NCBI GenBank assembly: GCA_964580065.1
Contig: CAZOJE010000003.1
Span: forward strand, 18,441 to 82,440
Length of the DNA: 64,000 bases
Direction: 5' to 3'
Source of the DNA: an uncultured Candidatus Saccharibacteria bacterium
GTDB taxonomy: Bacteria > Patescibacteriota > UBA1384 > DTJR01
Made by a program: the position numbers and the translations under genes. Positions within the stretch are counted from its first letter, which is position 1, and each line of letters begins with the position of its first letter. The notes beneath the pieces are model-generated. The model had not been told where the DNA came from. It ran no database searches and worked only from the letters and a program-made list of their open reading frames with translations. This document shows positions 22,190 through 30,356 of the stretch, in pieces.

Positions 22190-23182
22190 ATGAGATTTAG
22201 TAATTTTTGCATTGCAGCTCGTCTAATCCTCGAAGAAGCTTATTCAAGAAAAATCATTATTGATGAAATTTCTAGCGGAGAAGTTTGTGAATTAAAGTTT
22301 GGCGACCACAAAGAGTATCTTCGTTCTCGATGTAGTTCTAAAACAACCTCTGTAGCTAATTACATATGTAGACACAAGGATATCTCAAAGGACTTCTTAA
22401 GTTTAGCCGGTTTATCCCTCGCCCAAGGAAAAACATTCATGAACGACCAATTAAATAAAGCTATTTCTTATTGCGAGAAGGAAAAACTATGGCCCATTGT
22501 CGCGAAACCAGTCTCCGCCGGGAACGGAAGGTCCGTGTTTGTAGGTATTAAAAACAAAAAAGAACTCAAGAAAATATGGGGTGAAATTGATGACAAAGAA
22601 GGTAAAAATCTAATTGAAGAGTGCCACGAGGGTGTCGAAACAAGGGTTTTGGTAACAAGAGAAAAAGCGCTGGCCGCGATACAGAGGGTACCAGCTAATG
22701 TGACAGGTAATGGCAAATCAACCATACAAGATCTGATATATGAAAAAAATCTTGACCCTAGAAGAAAAGAAAGCGAAGATGAGCCAATCGTAAAAATAAA
22801 AATAGATGCCGCAATGTTACTCAAATTAGAAAGCGAAGGGCTGAATCTTGACTCTATAGTCGAAAAAGACAAGACTGTTTTTCTTAGAAATAATTCTAAT
22901 ATTTCTACTGGTGGCGACAGTTACGATGTAACAGATGAAGTACACGAATCTGTCAAAGAGATCGCTCTAAAAGCAATAAATTCCATTCCGGGCCTTCTAT
23001 ATGCAGGTGTTGATATATTATCAAAGGACTTTAGAAAACCGCAAACTAAGGACAGCTATATAGTCGTAGAAATAAATTCTAACCCAGGAATTGATATGCA
23101 TCATTTCCCATATTCTGGAAAACCCAGGAATGTTGCCAAGGACATTGTGGACGTAATTTTTCCCGAGACCAAAACCGACTAA
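22190..23182 (+). CDS. Stand-alone ATP-grasp ligase homologous to cyanophycin synthetase (CphA) G domain, paralog 2
   Basis: VTGNGKSTIQDLIYEKNLDPRRKESEDEPIVKIKID...LRNNSNISTGGDSYDVTDEVH......A.....GL.YAGVDIL....IVVEINSNPGIDMHHFPYSGKPRNVAKDIVDVIFP closely matches the CphA G domain including the C-terminal PRNVA..I.D..FP. Confidence 0.7.
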   Translation: MRFSNFCIAARLILEEAYSRKIIIDEISSGEVCELKFGDHKEYLRSRCSSKTTSVANYICRHKDISKDFLSLAGLSLAQGKTFMNDQLNKAISYCEKEKLWPIVAKPVSAGNGRSVFVGIKNKKELKKIWGEIDDKEGKNLIEECHEGVETRVLVTREKALAAIQRVPANVTGNGKSTIQDLIYEKNLDPRRKESEDEPIVKIKIDAAMLLKLESEGLNLDSIVEKDKTVFLRNNSNISTGGDSYDVTDEVHESVKEIALKAINSIPGLLYAGVDILSKDFRKPQTKDSYIVVEINSNPGIDMHHFPYSGKPRNVAKDIVDVIFPETKTD

Positions 23183-23658
23183 GTATTGATGTGGCAGAGG
23201 GCAACCGCGATGGCATCAACTGTGTCGTCTTGAGTAATTTTGCATCCTCGTAAGTGGAGCGAGACCATTTTTATCATCTGCTCCTTGGTGGCGTGGCCAT
23301 AACCAGCGATAGCAAGTTTGATTGCGTTCGGTTTGTATTCAGAAATTATTAAACCGGCTTTCTTAGCCACCAGCATAGCCACACCGCGCGCGTGAGCTAC
23401 TGAAATTCCGGTTTTTACATTCTTCATAAAGAATATTTCTTCAATCGCCAACTCGCAAGGCGCGTATTTTTTGATAACTTTTTCGAGTTCCGAAGCAATT
23501 AATTCTAATCTATCCGCCAAGGGTGTGTTCGCCTTGGTTTCAACGCAACCGCAATCCAAAAGTTTGACCGCGCTGGCCTGATGCAAAACCGCCCAACCCA
23601 GCTTTCCTGTTCCCGGGTCAACCCCAAGCACTATCCGTTCTTTTTTCCCCTGCGTCAC
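23179..23658 (-). CDS. ruvC: Crossover junction endodeoxyribonuclease RuvC
   Basis: 159 aa with GVDPGTGKLGWAVL N-terminus (RNase H fold) and catalytic D/E/D/D layout. Confidence 0.85.
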   Translation of the reverse strand: MTQGKKERIVLGVDPGTGKLGWAVLHQASAVKLLDCGCVETKANTPLADRLELIASELEKVIKKYAPCELAIEEIFFMKNVKTGISVAHARGVAMLVAKKAGLIISEYKPNAIKLAIAGYGHATKEQMIKMVSLHLRGCKITQDDTVDAIAVALCHINT

Positions 23659-23674
23659 TTCCCTCCCTATAAAT

Positions 23675-24388
23675 TCATCCTAAATTGCTGCTAACATTTG
23701 TAACGTCATCAAGTTCGTCAAGAGCTTCGAGCAGTTTGATTGCCTTAGCTTCATCAGTTTCAGAAAGAGCAGTGGTGGTTTTGGGCTGCCAAACCAATTC
23801 AGCCGATTCACATGTTAGCCCAGCCGCCGCCAAAGCATCTCGAACCGCCGCCAATTCCTCCGGTTTTGAATATATCAGATAATCATTACCGGCCTTTTGG
23901 TAATCCTCCGCTCCAGAGTCAATAATAATCAGCTCAATTTCATCGTTAGTTTTGCCTTGGCTACTGATTTTAATTTCCCCTTTTCGCTCAAAAAGATAAG
24001 CCACCGAGCCAGAACCGGCTTGTTTGCCACCGTGCTTGTTTAAAACCGCTTTAATTTCCGATGAAGCGCGATTGCGATTATCAGTGAGAGATTCGATTAA
24101 AATGGCAATGCCGGAAGGGCCATAGGCCTCATATAAAACTTCTTCAATTTGCGTACCACCCAGCTCACCCGTTCCGCGCTTGATGGCGCGTTCGATTTTA
24201 TCTTTGGGCATATTAGCCGCGCGGGCTTTATCAATCGCCAGACGAAGTTGAAAGTTCATCGTTGGATCGCCGCCGGTTCGAGCCGCAACCGAAATCAAGT
24301 TAGAAATTTTTGTAAATAAACTACTGCGGCGCGCGTCCGTCACCGCTTTTTGGTGCTTGGTGGTTGCCCATTTTGAATGACCTGACAT
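23675..24388 (-). CDS. yebC: YebC/PmpR family DNA-binding transcriptional regulator
   Basis: MSGHSKWATTKHQKA... hallmark N-terminus. The ORF-track start at 24421 is probably an upstream extension. Confidence 0.85.
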   Translation of the reverse strand: MSGHSKWATTKHQKAVTDARRSSLFTKISNLISVAARTGGDPTMNFQLRLAIDKARAANMPKDKIERAIKRGTGELGGTQIEEVLYEAYGPSGIAILIESLTDNRNRASSEIKAVLNKHGGKQAGSGSVAYLFERKGEIKISSQGKTNDEIELIIIDSGAEDYQKAGNDYLIYSKPEELAAVRDALAAAGLTCESAELVWQPKTTTALSETDEAKAIKLLEALDELDDVTNVSSNLG

Positions 24389-24490
24389 ATTCCTCCAATC
24401 TATAGAAGTCTTGAATCGCAAGCGATACAGGTTTACATTATAATAAATTAGGCCTTGTTTTCAAGCAGGCAGATCCTTGACAAGGAGGTT

Positions 24491-24841
24491 ATGTCTGTGG
24501 GTGCTCATGCGAGCCGTCACGATCCTCACGTCATTGTCGCAGTCGAGAATCTAGACCCCCTTTTAGTCGAGGAAGCCGCTTCCCTCGCCTGTGCTCGCGT
24601 ACACTTTTTACGCTCTGACCAGCTTGGCAACAAGCCCTACCCTGCCAACGCTGTCATTGCCGATCACGAAGTGTCCCGTTGGGTCGCCCAGCAGATTACT
24701 AATGGGCTGATTCCACCGGAAACAACCGTTTTCTGCGTTCATCCGGAAAGTGAGTACGAACCCCAAACTGACCCCAAAGGAGTACACCATTGCAGTCTTC
24801 GCGATCTCGTCAACGTGATTCAGAGCGCACACTTCGCTTAG
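24491..24841 (+). CDS. Hypothetical protein encoded on high-GC island 1
   Basis: ATG at 24491 preceded by AAGGAGG. 117 aa. Local GC is much higher than the flanks. No recognisable family. Confidence 0.4.
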   Translation: MSVGAHASRHDPHVIVAVENLDPLLVEEAASLACARVHFLRSDQLGNKPYPANAVIADHEVSRWVAQQITNGLIPPETTVFCVHPESEYEPQTDPKGVHHCSLRDLVNVIQSAHFA

Positions 24842-24927
24842 GGGCTTGACTTCTAGGCGGAAAAAGCGCACAATTAGCTGTTTTGTCGCACCTTGCCATA
24901 AAAAAAACCAGGAAGGAGGTGGATGGC

Positions 24928-25389
24928 ATGTCCATCCACCAGCAGCCCAGTCGGACGACGGTTCTGGCGGCCGCGATCTTGGTCGCGGCCGTGATCTTCG
25001 CATTGTTCCTCCTGCTTGCGCCTCCGGCGCACGCGGGAAGGATCGCTGTCTGGATCGGCGGGCCGCCGCCGTGCCCGCCGCCGTTCCAGGCACATTGCCC
25101 ACCCCCGTGGGCAATGTGTTCACCTCCACCCCCTTACTGTCCACCCCCGCCGCCGTGCGCCCCGCCATGGGCGGGCCCGGGGCCCTTCGGCCCCATCGAA
25201 ATGCGGCCCGGCCCGGCGCCTTGGGGCTTTCCGGCCCAAGGCGGTGTCGACTACTACCACCGCGACGAGACGTACTCCCGTCGCGGTGGGCTCACGGTCG
25301 ACGAGACTATTCGTTTCCGCGATCAGTTCGGAAACTCGGTCCGGATCAACCGATCCGGACCCGTTCCGCCGCCTCCCCGCTTCTGGTAG
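24928..25389 (+). CDS. Secreted Pro/Cys-rich hypothetical protein on high-GC island 1
   Basis: ATG at 24928 preceded by GGAGGTG. Signal-anchor helix plus AHA-G cleavage-like site, then PPPCPPP/CPPPPPC repeats. A terminator hairpin follows at 25487. Confidence 0.45.
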   Translation: MSIHQQPSRTTVLAAAILVAAVIFALFLLLAPPAHAGRIAVWIGGPPPCPPPFQAHCPPPWAMCSPPPPYCPPPPPCAPPWAGPGPFGPIEMRPGPAPWGFPAQGGVDYYHRDETYSRRGGLTVDETIRFRDQFGNSVRINRSGPVPPPPRFW

Positions 25390-25486
25390 CTCAACCGCCA
25401 GAAGCAAAATGTCCTAAAAGCGGCCAGTCAGTTGGTACCGCCCCTCACCCTCCCTCGCGGGCCAACTGGCTGATCACCGCTTTCAG

Positions 25487-25524
25487 GGCCCCGGCAGTCT
25501 ATTTGTCGGGGCCTTTTTCTTTTT
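25487..25524 (+). terminator. Rho-independent terminator (GGCCCCG...CGGGGCC + T-run) closing the high-GC island operon
   Basis: Stem GGCCCCG/CGGGGCC followed by TTTTTCTTTTT. Confidence 0.5.
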
Positions 25525-25532
25525 ATCAGCTA

Positions 25533-26414
25533 TTAGTTCAACGCCGCCCAGCCGTCGCTTTTTAGCCCAAACCTGACCGTGCCCATTTCATCCGTTCGAA
25601 AAATTTTAATATTTATGGAGGTCAAATATTCCAGCACTGTTTTGGCCGGATGGCCGTACTTATTGTTGGCGCCAACCGAAATAATCGCCTTTTTCGCTCC
25701 CGTCGCCTGAATAAATTGCTTGTTCAAACCATTCGACGAGCCGTGATGCGATATTTTAACAACGTCACTTTTTAGCTCCGTTTTTAACTTTTTTACTACA
25801 ATTTCACCCTGTATTTCGGTTTCGGCGTCACCCAACAGTATTACATCACCCTCTGGAGTATCAAATTTGGCCACAATCGAACTATCATTCGAAGACAAGC
25901 TAGTCAAGTCGCCTTTGGGCGGAGAATAAATATCAATATTATCAAAGTCATTGATCTTAATTGTTGTCCCGTCCGAGACAATTTCATGGGGAATTTTTTT
26001 ATCACTAATCTTCTTGGCCACCGTTTGGTAAATTTTCGAATCTGCCTGCTTGTCCGAGCTATAAAGATTTTTAATCGAAAAAGAGTCCAAAACATAATTG
26101 AATCCGCCAATATGGTCGTAATCCGGATGAGTCATAAAGGCATATTCAATCGTTCGATCGTTAGAAGGCATATATTTTTCTAGCCCTTCTAAGACAGAAT
26201 TATCCGGCCCGGCATCTACCAAAATTTGCACCGAACCGGGGAGCGAAAAAAGCGTCGCGTCGCCCTGCCCCACGTCCAAAAAAAATGCTTTGGCCAGAAT
26301 TTGTGAATCAGGGTTGGCCTGAACAGAAGAAAAATAATGAAACCAAATGCCAAAACAAATAATAGTCAGAAGAATAATTGTTGTTTCAAATGTTTTCTGC
26401 CCATTTTTTTTCAT
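25533..26414 (-). CDS. comEC: ComEC/Rec2 C-terminal metallo-beta-lactamase domain (separate ORF)
   Basis: FFLDVGQGDATLF, HPDYDHIGG and ISHHGSSNG MBL motifs. The start overlaps an A8 homopolymer. It fuses in-frame with the upstream ORF if one A is removed. Confidence 0.7.
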   Translation of the reverse strand: MKKNGQKTFETTIILLTIICFGIWFHYFSSVQANPDSQILAKAFFLDVGQGDATLFSLPGSVQILVDAGPDNSVLEGLEKYMPSNDRTIEYAFMTHPDYDHIGGFNYVLDSFSIKNLYSSDKQADSKIYQTVAKKISDKKIPHEIVSDGTTIKINDFDNIDIYSPPKGDLTSLSSNDSSIVAKFDTPEGDVILLGDAETEIQGEIVVKKLKTELKSDVVKISHHGSSNGLNKQFIQATGAKKAIISVGANNKYGHPAKTVLEYLTSINIKIFRTDEMGTVRFGLKSDGWAALN

Positions 26415-27834
26415 AGAAAAATTTTATGAAATATGCCGTCGCTATCAGCAAAATATAATAGACAATTGCCCATGGCCACGTTAAAGCGCCAGCGTTAAAT
26501 TGGCCAAAAGGTAAAAGGGCAAAAAGGTCTATAACCAACTTAACATAACCGACAACTAATCCCAAAAAAACATTCAGCACAAGGGCTAGTTTAATGCTCA
26601 CAAGTCCAAAGGCCAACGCCAAAGCCGCCAGAAGCATTCCTAAAGGTAAAACAGGCAAAACGAATATATTAGAAATAAAGCCAATCAAGGTGAGGGAGCC
26701 AAAATGATACAAAATGATGCCAAAACAAAGAACTTGGGCCGAAAGAGTTTGAGCCAGCATCGCTAAAAGCTCTTTAAGGTATTTATTTTTTGTTTTGGCC
26801 AATACCGATAAGCTTTCCGATAAAACCAGCCCAACCGTGGCGGCAAAGCTAAGTTGAAAACCAATATCGTAAACAACAAATGGATTGACCAATAGCATAA
26901 TCATTGCTGCTAAAACTAAATCGTTTATCAGCAACGCTCTTCGCCCAATCATTTTTCCGATAATTACGACAAGGCCCATAATTGCCGCGCGCGTCACCGA
27001 ACTAGCGCCGCCGGTAAGAAAAAAGAATGCGACCAGAATAAACACACTGGCGTAAAAAGCAAATTTTTTGCCCGCCGCCGCGCGCAAAGCGCCAAACATC
27101 ACCACTAATATTATTGAAATATTGAACCCTGACACTGCCGTTATATGAGTCAAGCCAGTTTTTTTTATTTTTTCAGCAAAGGCATCTGAAAAATTTGGGT
27201 CGCCTAAAATTAGCCCCTTAGCCAGTTGCCCCTTGTCTCCCGGCCAAATCACGGCAAAAACGCGATCAACACGGAGTCTAATGTTGTTAAAAAAATTCTC
27301 GATCGACGGGCGGTGGCCAACAATTTCAAATTGAGGGTTTTTAATAACCTGCACCGTTTTATAGTTAGCCAGATAATATCCAGCCATTTGCGGTTCGGCT
27401 TTGATTATTTGTTTGCTTTCAAGACAAATTTTGAGCTGATCGCCAGAACGAATTTCATTAAAATTTTCCGTTTGCGCCACCAAAGCGCCATAGTTCGATT
27501 TCAGCTCGACCTTAGCCGCGGTATCTTTCTGTTTTATTTTGCCCACCGCAAAAATATAACAGCCGTCAGCAAAATCAGTTCGAGTAAAATTGCCAAAAAC
27601 GCTCGCATAACAGAATCCGCTGAAAAACGTTAATATCAAAAAAATTGGCAATGCCTTTTTCCAAAAAGCAAAAATAATCGCCGCGGCTAAGACCGCCAGC
27701 AAAAGAGCGAAAATTATTTTGAGATCGATTTGACTAACAAGCAAAACCGCTACCGCCATTCCCGTGCAACTAGCGGACATAAAAAGAAGCGGCCTGTTGA
27801 TAAATGGAAGCTTTTTTGACACAGAGCTCCTCAT
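26386..27834 (-). CDS. comEC: ComEC/Rec2 N-terminal part (DUF4131 + competence channel domain)
   Basis: Polytopic membrane protein with ...GLTHITAVSGFNISIILVV... competence-domain motif. It ends 29 nt inside the start of the MBL ORF. Confidence 0.7.
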   Translation of the reverse strand: MRSSVSKKLPFINRPLLFMSASCTGMAVAVLLVSQIDLKIIFALLLAVLAAAIIFAFWKKALPIFLILTFFSGFCYASVFGNFTRTDFADGCYIFAVGKIKQKDTAAKVELKSNYGALVAQTENFNEIRSGDQLKICLESKQIIKAEPQMAGYYLANYKTVQVIKNPQFEIVGHRPSIENFFNNIRLRVDRVFAVIWPGDKGQLAKGLILGDPNFSDAFAEKIKKTGLTHITAVSGFNISIILVVMFGALRAAAGKKFAFYASVFILVAFFFLTGGASSVTRAAIMGLVVIIGKMIGRRALLINDLVLAAMIMLLVNPFVVYDIGFQLSFAATVGLVLSESLSVLAKTKNKYLKELLAMLAQTLSAQVLCFGIILYHFGSLTLIGFISNIFVLPVLPLGMLLAALALAFGLVSIKLALVLNVFLGLVVGYVKLVIDLFALLPFGQFNAGALTWPWAIVYYILLIATAYFIKFFYEKKWAENI

Positions 27835-27857
27835 CTATCATAATATTAACAGTATTT

Positions 27858-28451
27858 ATGAAGAATCGAAAAAAACTTTTTAATATTCTTTTTTCCTGTT
27901 TTTTGGTCGTCGGCGTAACGGCTTTAGGATTATTTGTAAACTCAAAAATCGAAGCTGACGTCATTTACCCCGGCTACGCCACAGTTCAGGTTCAGCTCAA
28001 AACAACCGCCGCACAAGCAAAAAAATTTACCGCCGAAGTTAAAATCCTTCCTACCGATGGAACCAAAAAATTCAATTTCAAAAAAAGAAGTTTTTCGGTT
28101 AAAGCCGGCCAAACAACGATTAACTGGACGATCAAAAAAGTCATTCCGGGTACAAAAAACATTGTTGTTAGCTCTCCCAACGGCGAATTTGAATCTGTTA
28201 GTGCCACAATCGCTTTGCCTTCTGACGCAAAAACCGTCGCCGGCCCGTTAGCCGTTAGTTTGCAATCAACCGGTTACGATGGTTTGCAAGATTCTCTAAA
28301 TCAAGCTCTTGCAAGCCCTACACCCAATGCTTCAAATAGCACAACCGCCTCCGTGCCTGTGCCACCCGCTCCAGCCGCCCCAACCGAAAGCACTACAAGC
28401 ACAGCCAGCTTGAACTCTAGCGACAGTCTTTCTCTCCCAGGCGGCTTCTAA
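27858..28451 (+). CDS. Hypothetical membrane-anchored/secreted protein
   Basis: Start at the internal Met (MKNRKKLFNILF...). N-terminal TM, beta-rich middle, S/T/P-rich tail. Confidence 0.45.
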   Translation: MKNRKKLFNILFSCFLVVGVTALGLFVNSKIEADVIYPGYATVQVQLKTTAAQAKKFTAEVKILPTDGTKKFNFKKRSFSVKAGQTTINWTIKKVIPGTKNIVVSSPNGEFESVSATIALPSDAKTVAGPLAVSLQSTGYDGLQDSLNQALASPTPNASNSTTASVPVPPAPAAPTESTTSTASLNSSDSLSLPGGF

Positions 28452-28502
28452 GTCTGGACAAAACCGCCAAAATTGAGTAGTTTATTGTCTTAGGAGTTTT
28501 GA

Positions 28503-28961
28503 ATGAAAGAAAAAAAGACCAAAGTAAAGCCAGAACAAATAATTGAAGAGATGCGCCTCGGCTGGCAAAGAACCCAAGCCGATTTTGATAATTACCGTAA
28601 ACGAACCGAGACAGAAAAAGCTAGTTGGGTTCAAGACGGAAAAATCGCCGCTTTCGAATCCCTTTTGCCGGTTTTAGACAATTTGACCATTGCCGTTGCT
28701 CATATGGAAAATTGCCAAAATGATGGTTGGGCGCAAGGTATTGTCCATATCGCTAATCAAATAGAAAGTACCCTTGCCGAACTCGGTATTGAAAAAATTG
28801 CTCCAAAACCCGGGGATCAATTCAACCCCAATTTTGAGGAAGCCGTTGCAACGCAAAAAAGTGAAAACTTTACAAAAGGGTGTATAATTAGTATCGAAGT
28901 GGTCGGATATAAAATTGGCCAAAGACTAATTAGGCCAGCTAAAGTAAAGGTAAGTGAGTAA
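28503..28961 (+). CDS. grpE: Nucleotide exchange factor GrpE
   Basis: DFDNYRKR motif and a C-terminal beta-domain (...GY.IG.RLIRPAKVKV). Confidence 0.75.
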   Translation: MKEKKTKVKPEQIIEEMRLGWQRTQADFDNYRKRTETEKASWVQDGKIAAFESLLPVLDNLTIAVAHMENCQNDGWAQGIVHIANQIESTLAELGIEKIAPKPGDQFNPNFEEAVATQKSENFTKGCIISIEVVGYKIGQRLIRPAKVKVSE

Positions 28962-28963
28962 AT

Positions 28964-29407
28964 ATGGCTCAAGAAGTAAAAAAATTACGACGTTCTAAAA
29001 CAGATCGCGTTATTGGCGGTGTGTGTGGTGGTTTAGGGGAATATTTTGACATTGATCCTCTCATTTTCCGACTGATTTTTGTCATTGCGGTACTTTTTGG
29101 CGGCACGGGCGTTGTTGCTTATTTAATTCTCTGGATTGTTATTCCCGAAGAAGGTGAATCGGCCAGAGAAAAAGATCTCGGCGAAAATATTAAAAAAGGT
29201 GCCAACAAAATGGCCGAAGAAATTAAACAGGTAGAAACAAAACGGAATGGCCGTTTTCTGGCAGGTGCCATTATCCTAACCGTCGGCATTATTTTTCTGC
29301 TTAGCAATTTCTTTCCTTTTCTCGGCCTCGGAATGAAAAAACTCTGGCCGCTCATCATTGTTGTCATTGGGGCCAGCATTTTACTTAATCCGTCAAGGAG
29401 GGAGTAA
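28964..29407 (+). CDS. PspC-domain membrane protein
   Basis: RSKTDRVIGGVCGGLGEYFDIDPLIFRLIFVI matches the PspC N-terminal domain. Confidence 0.7.
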   Translation: MAQEVKKLRRSKTDRVIGGVCGGLGEYFDIDPLIFRLIFVIAVLFGGTGVVAYLILWIVIPEEGESAREKDLGENIKKGANKMAEEIKQVETKRNGRFLAGAIILTVGIIFLLSNFFPFLGLGMKKLWPLIIVVIGASILLNPSRRE

Positions 29408-30312
29408 TGAACTTTGGCAAATACCTTTGGGGACTAATCCTTATTTTGATAGGGGTGGCTTTTTTATTAGTGAATTTTGGCGCTATCAGCTGGTCTACGC
29501 TTGAACAACTCTGGAGATTATGGCCTGTTCTTTTAGTGGCCTTGGGGCTTTCGATTATGAGCCAAAATTGCGGAAAAATTGTCCGTGGCATTATCAATTT
29601 AATTATCGTTATTTTTATTTTAGGACTTTTCGCAATTTTCGTTTATCCGGGAACTCGAGAATATTTGACTACGCGCTCGGTCAGCAGCGAAAATACTAAC
29701 ATCTCCGAGCCATTAGGGGCTGATACCGATTCGGCCGATATCACTCTAAATACCGGTGCCGCTAAAATAAATATCGGCGGAGGGTCGCAATTATTAGTTT
29801 CTGGTACAGTTGAAAGTAATATTTCTCGGGTTATTACCGAAAGAACAGTTAGAAACAAAACCGATGTCTTATCAATCAAGAGCGAGGAAATAGTTCCTCA
29901 AATTTTCTGGAGCCACAAAAACACTTGGAATTTGAATTTAAATGATTCCCTTCCGACTAAGCTCAACCTAAATACTGGCGCCGTTGACACCGATCTCGAC
30001 CTTCATGAAACAGCTGTCAATGAGCTATCGGTCAAAAGTGGTGCCTCAACATATAAGCTTACTCTTGGCGACAAAGTCAGTTCTTTCAAAGGCGAAATCA
30101 GTCTAGGGGCAGGTTCTCTAAAAATAAAAACGCCAGAAAATGTTGGCCTTAGAATAGTGAACGATAGTGGCGCTAGCTCGAACAACTTCGAAAAACTTGG
30201 ATTAAATAAAAACGACAAAACTTACGAAAGTAAAAATTATCAAACTGCCGAGAAAAAAATCGATCTTACCTTAAAAACCGTTGCTTCATCAATTGAATTG
30301 ACTTTATATTAA
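29407..30312 (+). CDS. Membrane protein with DUF4097/LiaF-like beta-repeat domain (putative envelope stress module with PspC)
   Basis: N-terminal multi-TM region, then repeated L.L.TGA.....G. beta-helix-like units. Adjacent to and translationally coupled with the PspC gene. Confidence 0.4.
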   Translation: MNFGKYLWGLILILIGVAFLLVNFGAISWSTLEQLWRLWPVLLVALGLSIMSQNCGKIVRGIINLIIVIFILGLFAIFVYPGTREYLTTRSVSSENTNISEPLGADTDSADITLNTGAAKINIGGGSQLLVSGTVESNISRVITERTVRNKTDVLSIKSEEIVPQIFWSHKNTWNLNLNDSLPTKLNLNTGAVDTDLDLHETAVNELSVKSGASTYKLTLGDKVSSFKGEISLGAGSLKIKTPENVGLRIVNDSGASSNNFEKLGLNKNDKTYESKNYQTAEKKIDLTLKTVASSIELTLY

Positions 30313-30356
30313 ATCTGTTTACATCGTCTGACATATTAATTTGTTAGAGCAAAACA

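Noticed and set aside
24608-25565. Multiple long overlapping ORFs on both strands of high-GC island 1 (24608-25168 minus, 24846-25565 plus, 25016-25417 plus, 25120-25407 minus)
   Set aside because: High-GC DNA lacks stop codons in most frames. Only the two plus-strand ORFs with SD sequences and a downstream terminator were kept.
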